Origin: an uncultured Ardenticatenaceae bacterium | GTDB taxonomy: Bacteria; Chloroflexota; Anaerolineae; Promineifilales; Promineifilaceae | Direction of reading: 5' to 3' | DNA length: 64,000 nucleotides | Assembly: GCA_964539885.1 (NCBI GenBank) | Contig: CAZIKT010000001.1 | Location: forward strand, 143,292-207,291 | Part shown: piece by piece, positions 56,739-64,000 of the stretch | How the letters are laid out: every line of letters starts with the position of its first letter | Position numbering within the stretch: position 1 is the stretch's first letter | Notes under the pieces: model-generated | What the model was told of the DNA's origin: nothing | Seen by the model: the letters and a program-made list of their open reading frames with translations, nothing else | The model's database searches: none | Made by a program: the position numbers and the translations under genes

Positions 56739-56931
56739 GCCACTCTCACTCTCAACGTCACTGGCTGATCGTCATCCGGTGTTCTCTGCAATCGGCCTAC
56801 CCTTGCCCGCAGCCGCCCGCAAGCGGTTGCGCGGCAACACAGATGACAGCCATCATGATATGCGCGCCCACGGGATACTGCGCAATCCGGCAGAAGATTA
56901 CATTAGATAATAGTCTAATGTCTTGCGCTTG

Positions 56932-57723
56932 TCAAGAGTAAGGGGCTTGGGTTACGCCGCCCGCGGATGCTTTCCAGGCCCGGCCCAACTTGCGATACTT
57001 GACCCATTCGTAGTAGGCCATGTAAGCGCTCAATCGCAGACCATGCGCCCCCGCCTGATATCCATTGAGCGTGACAAAGCGCCACCAGAACTGGCGAAGC
57101 GGCATCGTCAAATAAGTGTACGGTCTTGGACGCACGCCGGCTTGCAGCAGTATCTCGGCCTCAAATGCGCTGTATTGCTCCTGTTTCCGGCGGAACTGGG
57201 CAACATCCCGGTAGTTGTAGTGAATGAGCGGCTCCTGCAGGTATCCGATTGTTCCGTCCACATCCGCGATCTCATGTACGGCCCGCCGGTACCGCACGTG
57301 ACCCTGACGGAACAGTCGCAATTGGTGGTCCGGATACCAACCGGCGCAGCGCGTCAACTTGCCGAAGAGGTAATTCAGGCGAGGCACATACCAGCCCGCC
57401 TCCGGAAGTTGCGCCACAACTTGCCGGATTTCCTCTCCCAAGGCCGGCGTCCCCCGCTCGTCGGCATCCACGAAAAAGAGCCAATCTGTGCTTACCGCTT
57501 CCAACGCGGCATTCCGTTGCTGAGCGTAATTCTCAAAGCGGGAGTAGAGCACATCAGCGCCCGCAGCTTCGGCCAGCGAGGTCGTATTGTCGGTGCTGAA
57601 GCTATCAAAGACGAGGACGCGGTCCACCCATGCCAGGCTGGCAATGCACTCCTGTATGTGCGCCTCCTCGTTGAGGGTCAGAATGACGGCGGTGAGGGTG
57701 GTATGTTCTCCAGGGGACTCCAT
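56932..57723 (-). CDS. family 2 glycosyltransferase
   Basis: LTAVILTLNEEAHIQECIASL...DSFSTDNT and a DADE (DXD-like) motif. The ATG at 57723 abuts the upstream gene's stop (57731). Confidence 0.85.
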   Translation of the reverse strand: MESPGEHTTLTAVILTLNEEAHIQECIASLAWVDRVLVFDSFSTDNTTSLAEAAGADVLYSRFENYAQQRNAALEAVSTDWLFFVDADERGTPALGEEIRQVVAQLPEAGWYVPRLNYLFGKLTRCAGWYPDHQLRLFRQGHVRYRRAVHEIADVDGTIGYLQEPLIHYNYRDVAQFRRKQEQYSAFEAEILLQAGVRPRPYTYLTMPLRQFWWRFVTLNGYQAGAHGLRLSAYMAYYEWVKYRKLGRAWKASAGGVTQAPYS

Positions 57724-57730
57724 CCCGCCC

Positions 57731-58702
57731 CTACGGCCCCGCCACCACGTCCGGCTGTCTCTGATCGCCCAGGTGTGGACTCCAGAAGCCGGCCGCAGTC
57801 CGATAGGCGCGCTGCATAGAGGGGTCAATACTCTGCCGGGCCTTACGCTGCAATCCGGCAGTTACCAGCCGGCGCGCCAGTCCCAGGCGCAGCGGCCCAT
57901 GATGCCGCTCGTAAAGCCGTTGCCGGCTCTCCCACAGCTCCACCAGCGACCGCGCCGGGGCCTGGCCGGTGCTTGACCCGGCGTAGTGGACAATCTCGGC
58001 GGCCGGTACGCTGTATATTACCCAGCCCGCGCTACGAACCCGTCGGCACCAATCGATCTCCTCACAGTACATGTGGAAAGCTTCGTCAAAGCCGCCGGTA
58101 GCTTCAGCCACGTCCCGACGCACCAGCATCGCCGCGCCGAGAATGACGTCCACGCTGAAGGGGTCGCCGGTTGGCTGGTAGTACCGTCGGGCATATCGGC
58201 CATTCAACCGGCTGTCGTACAGTCGGTGCGGTACTGGCCAGAGATCAAACACCGCCTGCAAGACACCCGGGAAAGCAAAGGCGCTGTGTTGAAAGCGACC
58301 GTCGCCATAGACGAGCCGCCCGCCTGCCATGCCGGCTTTTGGCCGTGCATCCAGGCAGTCCACCAACGCCGCAATCGCCCCGGACCGAACGACAGTGTCC
58401 GGATTGAGCAGAAGAAAGCATCGGGGATTGTCTTCCAGCGCCGCTCGCATCCCCTGGTTGTTGGCCGCTCCGAAGCCCACATTCTGGGCGTTGACCAGCA
58501 CCGTCGTGCTTGGAAAGAGGTCGTCTAGTAGCTCCAGCGTTCCATCCGTGGAGCCGTTATCTACCACCCAGATCTTGCCGGCGAGATTCGAGCGCCGCAG
58601 ATCCTCGTAGGTCGAGGCCAGGCATTTCGCCAGGTAATCGCGCACATTCCAACTTACGACAATGACCGCTACATCCAGCATAGTCTTGGGCCTACTGTCC
58701 AA
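57731..58702 (-). CDS. family 2 glycosyltransferase
   Basis: VAVIVVSWNVRDYLAKCL, VVDNGSTDGT, NVGFGAANNQG and the rhamnosyltransferase-like motif LLNPDT. Confidence 0.85.
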   Translation of the reverse strand: MDSRPKTMLDVAVIVVSWNVRDYLAKCLASTYEDLRRSNLAGKIWVVDNGSTDGTLELLDDLFPSTTVLVNAQNVGFGAANNQGMRAALEDNPRCFLLLNPDTVVRSGAIAALVDCLDARPKAGMAGGRLVYGDGRFQHSAFAFPGVLQAVFDLWPVPHRLYDSRLNGRYARRYYQPTGDPFSVDVILGAAMLVRRDVAEATGGFDEAFHMYCEEIDWCRRVRSAGWVIYSVPAAEIVHYAGSSTGQAPARSLVELWESRQRLYERHHGPLRLGLARRLVTAGLQRKARQSIDPSMQRAYRTAAGFWSPHLGDQRQPDVVAGP

Positions 58703-59951
58703 GGTCTTCCCAGAGCTGTTCGGCTGTCAATCCCAGGTGCTCCTGAATGAAGCGCAGGGGGTTGTATGCCTGATCATCAACCGGCGCCGCCCCGTCCCAA
58801 CCATAGAAGTCGTTTGAACAGAGCGCCTCAGCACAGGCTTCTGAGGCAGCGAACGCCACAATGCCTTCCTGTAGCTTTCGCGCCAGCGATAGCGGGAACT
58901 CGGCCCCAAACGCGACGGATGTGTTGGGAATCGGTTCACTAATACCGATGATCCTCGTCTGGCGAAATATCTCCGGCTGCACATCGAACAGACTCGCCCG
59001 TGCATCCCGGATGCGGTACCCGCCATCTTCAGGGTCGGCGATGACTACAATGTAACCAACCGGCAGTCTTTCGGGCGCGATCCCCAGTCGGCGCCAAACC
59101 TCCGGCTCATCTTCGCCGTAGACCCAGGGTCGCTCGTTGTAGGGCAGGATGGGTGGCAAGTAGGTGGCAGTAGCGAAGTCGGCCTCGCCGTTGAAGACCG
59201 CCAACAATGCGCTGTTTTCGCTGTCATACTCCACCACTTCCGCCGGTTCGATGCCGGCATCCTGCATGAGTGCCTGAAAATACAGGTCGCGGGTGACCGA
59301 CATTAAGGCCGGTTTCGCCCACCGCCTGTCGGCCAGGTCTTCCAGCGAAGTAATGCCGCTGTCCGCGCGGGCCACGATCATCCCCATCTGCCAGGGCAAG
59401 TCGGATTGCAGCGCCGTCGCGCCGGCCTGCACGTCGCACAGCTCATTAGCCAGCACGTACCCCATCGCAGGCAGGAGACCAATCGTATCTGCCGGGGCGG
59501 CGCACATCGCGTCTACCACTGCCTGGTAGCTTTCGAGGCGTTCAATCTGCAGGGTTATCCCTGTTTCCTCCGATAGGGCCTCACTGAGCGTCTCGCCACG
59601 GACGTTCAGTACGCGCTCCGGCACATCCGCCGGAAACAGCAGCCTGACCGGGCGCTCCGGCGCTCCCACCATCACCGGAGTCGCCGGCACAGCAACTGTC
59701 ACTGTGACCACCCGTTCTTCAATCAGGGGAGTCAACGTTCCCGGGATGGCTGGTCCCGCCCCTTCCGGCGTTACCATGACCAACCGGGTCACCACGACCT
59801 GGTCAGGTTCACTCATCTGGCCGGATTCCACGGTCACAACTTCCACTCGAGGCTGGCAGGCCGCTGCGCCGACAATCAACAAGAGTATTCCGGCCAGCGA
59901 GCATATGAGGGCATTTGTCTTTGAGGGCAATATCACACCGTTCCGGCTCAC
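58692..59951 (-). CDS. PhnD-like (phosphate/phosphonate-type) substrate-binding lipoprotein, orphan
   Basis: Lipobox GAAAC. The core resembles the Phosphonate-bd family (SYQAVVDAM...IGLLPAMGYVLA...MIVARADSGITSLEDLADRRWA...LLAVFNGEADFA). No adjacent permease or ATPase. Confidence 0.7.
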   Translation of the reverse strand: MSRNGVILPSKTNALICSLAGILLLIVGAAACQPRVEVVTVESGQMSEPDQVVVTRLVMVTPEGAGPAIPGTLTPLIEERVVTVTVAVPATPVMVGAPERPVRLLFPADVPERVLNVRGETLSEALSEETGITLQIERLESYQAVVDAMCAAPADTIGLLPAMGYVLANELCDVQAGATALQSDLPWQMGMIVARADSGITSLEDLADRRWAKPALMSVTRDLYFQALMQDAGIEPAEVVEYDSENSALLAVFNGEADFATATYLPPILPYNERPWVYGEDEPEVWRRLGIAPERLPVGYIVVIADPEDGGYRIRDARASLFDVQPEIFRQTRIIGISEPIPNTSVAFGAEFPLSLARKLQEGIVAFAASEACAEALCSNDFYGWDGAAPVDDQAYNPLRFIQEHLGLTAEQLWEDLGQ

Positions 59952-60047
59952 CGTATCTCGCCCTGCAAGTATACCTGACTACAAAGCGAAGCAGTTTAGA
60001 GCCCGATTAGAGGGGTGGTTCAAGCAAGCGGCGTGTCCGGGCAAGGC

Positions 60048-61382
60048 TCATGGAGCGGCAGCTTCGATCTCCCTGGGCTCACAGGCCGGCTCCTGATCCG
60101 GATCAGGGAACTCAATCAGTATGTCATGCGGGTCAACGCGATTGTTGAACTGCGAGATCTCGACGTCTTCGTGGATCAGGCCGGCCCACACCGGCTGCGG
60201 GTTGCGCACGCCCAGCTCATCAACCAGGCGGATGCCGCCGGTGACGACGGCGCGCTGGCCCGGCATCAGGTAATAGTGTCCATCAATCTCGGTCAGCTCT
60301 TCCGTCTCTCCCAGCGCCCAACGGTATGGGTAATCGGAGAGGGAGTTTTCGAAGCCGATGCCGACCCGCCAGGCGCCGGATTCCGTCGGCCAGCCAAGCG
60401 TGTTCGCGTTCCAGTCCGAGTCGTACACCGTACCCGGCGACGGGCCGGTGGTGCGAATGGGCGTGTCGCCATAGTTCTCCACTGTCAGCGTAAAGTACAG
60501 CGTATCACAGACGACCACCGACGTGGTATTGAACTCCAACGTGTCGCCGACCGGCGGGGAGACGATCTCGGCCCGGGGGACGCCGCCAAGCTCAATGGTG
60601 AGCCGGTTTTCAACCCGCATCTTCTGCCCCTCCGAGTCTTCGGCGAGGGCGACAATCGTATACTCGCCGTCCGGCGGTGGGGTAGCCCCGAAGTCAACGC
60701 CGCCTTCATAGTCGAAATAATGCCGGCCTACCTGGCCCGGCGGTACCCCGCGATCCTTTTCCGCGATCGGCAATTCGGCGCCCTCCGGCGTCAGCAAGAA
60801 TACGCGCACCGTTGCCGGTTTCTCCAGCCAGAACTGCGCTTCAAGGCGGTCGTCAATTCCGTCCCGATTCGGCGAGAAAGTGTCCCGGTCCAGGGTGAAA
60901 TTCCGCATCTCCGGCAGCATTTTGTCGGCGTTGGTGATCGTCAGCGTCCCCTGCGCCCGTTCCACGTTGCCGCTCTCATCTGTCGCTTCCAGCGTCCACG
61001 TGTATTCGCCGTTCTGCAGCAGCCGCGACACGATCTCCCCCTGCATCACCTCGCCGGGAAGTTCATAGCCCTCCACAACACCGCTGAAATACACCTCGTA
61101 CCGGCCTTTCCCTCGAGGTCTCTCGTCGCGAAAATGGTAACGCTGCCCGTCCTGATCCTCAAAGAAGATAGTTACGTCCGCGTTCCTTGCGAGCTCGTAC
61201 GAAAAGAGCGCAATGTCGTTGTCACCGTCCGCGTTCGGGCTGATCTCCTCGGCGGAGATTCCGGCGCTGCGGATAAGCGTGTCATTCCCACGAATCAGCC
61301 GCCAGCCAATCGCCAAAGCAACAGCCACGACGACCAGGGCCACAATGCTCACCAACAACACGAAGCTCTTGCGATCGCTCAT
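60048..61382 (-). CDS. membrane-anchored hypothetical protein with FlgD-Ig-like repeats
   Basis: ATG at 61382, a single N-terminal TM helix, and two SPN(A/R)DG(D/I)(N/D)D motifs typical of FlgD Ig-like domains. The opposite-strand 497-aa ORF is Arg-rich shadow. Confidence 0.6.
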   Translation of the reverse strand: MSDRKSFVLLVSIVALVVVAVALAIGWRLIRGNDTLIRSAGISAEEISPNADGDNDIALFSYELARNADVTIFFEDQDGQRYHFRDERPRGKGRYEVYFSGVVEGYELPGEVMQGEIVSRLLQNGEYTWTLEATDESGNVERAQGTLTITNADKMLPEMRNFTLDRDTFSPNRDGIDDRLEAQFWLEKPATVRVFLLTPEGAELPIAEKDRGVPPGQVGRHYFDYEGGVDFGATPPPDGEYTIVALAEDSEGQKMRVENRLTIELGGVPRAEIVSPPVGDTLEFNTTSVVVCDTLYFTLTVENYGDTPIRTTGPSPGTVYDSDWNANTLGWPTESGAWRVGIGFENSLSDYPYRWALGETEELTEIDGHYYLMPGQRAVVTGGIRLVDELGVRNPQPVWAGLIHEDVEISQFNNRVDPHDILIEFPDPDQEPACEPREIEAAAP

Positions 61383-61504
61383 CGGGGCAAGTTTACCAGA
61401 GCGACTACAGCGGGGCGAGGCACGCTTCGGCAACGCTCAGCCGGCGCTTTGGCGGTGACAGGTCGCTTGGCCCTGATGGCGGGTGGCCCGCGAAAGTGGG
61501 CGTG

Positions 61505-62719
61505 TTAGTGGGAAGCAGGCTGCGGCTGCCGGCGGTGACGAACGATAAGCCAGCCGGCCATCAGCAGCGCCACGACGATAGACACCAACGTCGCCACCGG
61601 CAGGCCAATATCCACCCCCAGTAATTGCACTGTCCGGCTGTCCAGCCGCACCAGTTCCAACAATGTGCGCCCAACGGCGTACAGGATCAGGTATAGGGCG
61701 AAGAGGTCGCCCGGCATAATCCGGTCGTCGTCCCGCCGGGCCAGGTACAGAAGAAGCAGGAAGGCAAGCAGGCTCCAGAGAGACTCATAAAGAAAAGCCG
61801 GGTGAAAGCGCGAGACGTCAGCGAACTCAGGTAGGCGATAAGACGGGTCAATCGTGACGGCCCACGGCAAATTGGACGGCCCGCCGTAAAGCTCCTGATT
61901 GAAGAAGTTCGCCCAGCGACCAATCGCTTGGCCCAGCGCCACGCCGACCGCGGCAATGTCTGCCCAGGCCAGCAACGGGATACGCGCCCTTCTTGTGTAA
62001 ATGAAAAGCCCTATGAGCCCGCCGGCCAACCCGCCGTAGATTCCCAGCCCTCCGCGGCGGAAGTTGATCAGTTCCAGCGGGTTGCGGAAGTAATCCAGCG
62101 GCGTATTGATTCCGATTTCGGCCATGCTGGGCGACGGGGTGAGCACATGATAAAGGCGCGCGCCAATAATGGCGAAGATCAAGCACCAGATGATCCCGCT
62201 CCAGACATGGCCGGGATCCCAGATTCGCCAGGGGGCGTCGGTCAGCCATTCCGGCGCGACTCCAGGCTGTTTCTGCAGCCGGCTGCGCACTTCGCGCTGA
62301 CCGTCCTTATTGAGACCAACGTAACCCGGATTATAACCCCATGGGAGCAAGAGTTGGCCCAGGGTCGTGATACGTCTCTTTTGCAGGGTCTTCAGTAACT
62401 CAGCGGGCAACTGCAGCCGTTCGAGGGAGCGTTGGCGAACATCATCCGGCACCGTGACGACGAACAGTCTCTCCCCACGTTCGCTCGCCAGCCGGCTGGT
62501 CACATACGCGCCATACGCGATCCCGCCGGTGATTATGATACCGTACCAGAAGACATCCAGGTTGAGGAAGGGGATGGTAAAGGCTACTCGGTCAGGGGTC
62601 AGGCCGGTGATCTGATGATAGATAAACAGGACCAGCCCGGTGATGACCAGTGCCAGGATAACATACCAGTATGGCTCAATCGTGCGCCGGCTCGGGCGCG
62701 CCTCCGCGTCCTCGCTCAT
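61505..62719 (-). CDS. lgt: prolipoprotein diacylglyceryl transferase with a roughly 90-aa insertion
   Basis: GGLGIYGGLAGGLIGLFIY, GQAIGRWANFFNQELYG and PAFLYESLW Lgt signatures. At 404 aa it is longer than the roughly 260-290 aa I recall as typical. Confidence 0.85.
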   Translation of the reverse strand: MSEDAEARPSRRTIEPYWYVILALVITGLVLFIYHQITGLTPDRVAFTIPFLNLDVFWYGIIITGGIAYGAYVTSRLASERGERLFVVTVPDDVRQRSLERLQLPAELLKTLQKRRITTLGQLLLPWGYNPGYVGLNKDGQREVRSRLQKQPGVAPEWLTDAPWRIWDPGHVWSGIIWCLIFAIIGARLYHVLTPSPSMAEIGINTPLDYFRNPLELINFRRGGLGIYGGLAGGLIGLFIYTRRARIPLLAWADIAAVGVALGQAIGRWANFFNQELYGGPSNLPWAVTIDPSYRLPEFADVSRFHPAFLYESLWSLLAFLLLLYLARRDDDRIMPGDLFALYLILYAVGRTLLELVRLDSRTVQLLGVDIGLPVATLVSIVVALLMAGWLIVRHRRQPQPASH

Positions 62720-63354
62720 CCGCCATCACGCGCCACAGCCTGACGCCATACATGGAAGATGCGATGGGCAAGGGTGAAATAGGCGCCAACAGCCAAGATG
62801 ATCAGAGCGTAGTCCGGCAGACCCAGCAAGAGAAACACAATCAGCACCAGATAGCGTTCCACGCGACTGAAGACGCCCACTTTGCAGTCGAGTCCGAGCG
62901 ATTCGGCCTTTGAGCGCACATAGCTCACCATCAACGAGCCGGAGACCGCCAGATAGGAGATGGCCAACATTCGGGGGTCTTCTGCCACATAGTAATAGTA
63001 GTAGATAAAGCCGCCGTAAAGGATGATTTCGGCCAGCCGGTCCAAAGTGGAATCGAGAAACGCGCCAAAGCCACCCTGCTTTCGGCCCAGCTTGCGGGCG
63101 AGCGAGCCATCCAGAGCATCCAATGGTGCAATCAGAATCAGGCCGACGCCGGCCCAGCGCATCTGGCCGGTGGCAATCAGCGCCGCCAGGATGAAATGGG
63201 CTAACATCCCCAGCACGGTCAGCAAGTCCGGAGACAGTTTCCAGTGAGCAAATACGGTAACGATGGGATCTATCACTGGGAAAAAGATCCGCCGTAACCT
63301 ATCGGTCAGCGTCGGCTTCGCCGGTTGAGCCTTGGTCGTATCAGGGGCAGTCAT
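62716..63354 (-). CDS. CDP-alcohol phosphatidyltransferase family protein
   Basis: DALDGSLARKLGRKQGGFGAFLDSTLDRLAE matches D(x)2DG(x)2AR...G(x)3D(x)3D. The ATG at 63354 is preferred over the listed start at 63411. Confidence 0.85.
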   Translation of the reverse strand: MTAPDTTKAQPAKPTLTDRLRRIFFPVIDPIVTVFAHWKLSPDLLTVLGMLAHFILAALIATGQMRWAGVGLILIAPLDALDGSLARKLGRKQGGFGAFLDSTLDRLAEIILYGGFIYYYYYVAEDPRMLAISYLAVSGSLMVSYVRSKAESLGLDCKVGVFSRVERYLVLIVFLLLGLPDYALIILAVGAYFTLAHRIFHVWRQAVARDGG

Positions 63355-63434
63355 ACATAACCTGTTTGCGAAAGATGGCGCGATGCTACAGGAGTTAGCA
63401 GGGCATGTCAAGCCGCGATACCACTGTTGATCAG

Positions 63435-64000
63435 CTACAATGCAAACACTAACCAGGGCACGTACATCTCGTCGGCTGACAGCCCGCCATGCCGGCCCAC
63501 CATGCGTTTCAAGTAATCCGGCTCGTCCTCAGACAGCAATACGTGACCGTCGCGCATGATAACCACGACATCCCCCAGACGTTGGGCCGTCTCCGGCGCG
63601 TACACAGGTGGTCCAAACAGATGAGAGTCCAACACCTCTTCGGACGTGTAGGCCGTCATTTCCGCGCCGAGTTGTTCCTGGATGTATGCCAGCAGATCCA
63701 GGCTCGCTCCGTGTCGAGCATAGAGATAAGCTGCTCTGGGCTCGCCGGCCGGACGCATCATCAGCATGGCCGCCATCTCCGGATGATGATGCAGGAACAC
63801 CCGTTCTGCCATCGGCGTATTGATCTGCCCATGATCGGCGACAACGCACAGCAGCGTCCCGCCGCCGCCGGATTTCTCAAGCGGAGCGATCAGCTCGCGC
63901 TCCAAAAGCTCCAGCAGCATCCGCGCCTCCGCGTACACGTTGTCCGACAGCGGCCCGTGCCAATGCATCAGGGAATCAACGGTCGGCCAGTAAGCGGACA
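63435..64000 (-). CDS. alkaline-phosphatase-superfamily (type I phosphodiesterase / nucleotide pyrophosphatase-like) protein, 5' end outside window
   Basis: The ORF is open to the window edge. C-terminal ADHGQ and GRHGGLSADEMYVPW motifs are typical of the family. Confidence 0.6.
   Translation of the reverse strand, partial: SAYWPTVDSLMHWHGPLSDNVYAEARMLLELLERELIAPLEKSGGGGTLLCVVADHGQINTPMAERVFLHHHPEMAAMLMMRPAGEPRAAYLYARHGASLDLLAYIQEQLGAEMTAYTSEEVLDSHLFGPPVYAPETAQRLGDVVVIMRDGHVLLSEDEPDYLKRMVGRHGGLSADEMYVPWLVFAL

Noticed and set aside
1-64000. A scan of the whole window for rRNA, tRNA, CRISPR arrays, transposases, integrases, phage genes and toxin-antitoxin pairs.
   Set aside because: I recognised none by eye in the intergenic regions or the ORF translations. 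The tRNA and small-RNA detection was by inspection only and should be repeated with tRNAscan-SE and Infernal.

Overview
High-GC (by eye roughly 60%) bacterial chromosomal window, densely coding on both strands. I recognised no rRNA, tRNA, CRISPR array, transposase or integrase. The many lipobox lipoproteins, the gene families and the codon style suggest a Chloroflexota-like (Anaerolineae/Caldilineae-type) organism; this is a guess, not a database result.

Housekeeping genes are confidently recognisable: glgC, upp, queA, pgm, ppdK, a nifJ-type pyruvate:ferredoxin oxidoreductase, and lgt. There is also a TroA/Mnt-type metal ABC importer, a GAF histidine kinase with a NarL-type regulator, two CBS-pair proteins, two MFS/ArsR units, a thioredoxin-TPR protein, two GT2 glycosyltransferases and a CDP-alcohol phosphatidyltransferase.

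The stand-out region is about 22.2-31.9 kb, a multiheme cytochrome island made of two convergent operons:
- two paralogous octaheme lipoproteins that each carry a collagen-like Gly-X-Y stalk
- a NapC/NirT-like membrane cytochrome with 7 canonical and 2 non-canonical heme motifs
- an internally duplicated decaheme lipoprotein
- a 14-heme membrane-anchored cytochrome
- a FdnI-like b-type cytochrome

Together these carry about 49 c-heme motifs. There is no recognisable catalytic reductase or beta-barrel porin. Two monoheme cytochrome c lipoproteins and a sensory gene cluster lie just upstream. I interpret the island as a candidate, apparently undescribed, quinol-to-exterior electron conduit.

Secondary curiosities:
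- metal ABC permeases fused to DtxR-like winged-helix tails, downstream of a consensus promoter with an overlapping palindrome
- a 1278-aa secreted zincin-vWA protein
- an Lgt with a roughly 90-aa insertion
- an orphan PhnD-like binding protein inside a glycosyltransferase/lipid gene cluster

All functional calls come from motif recognition by eye. No searches were run.
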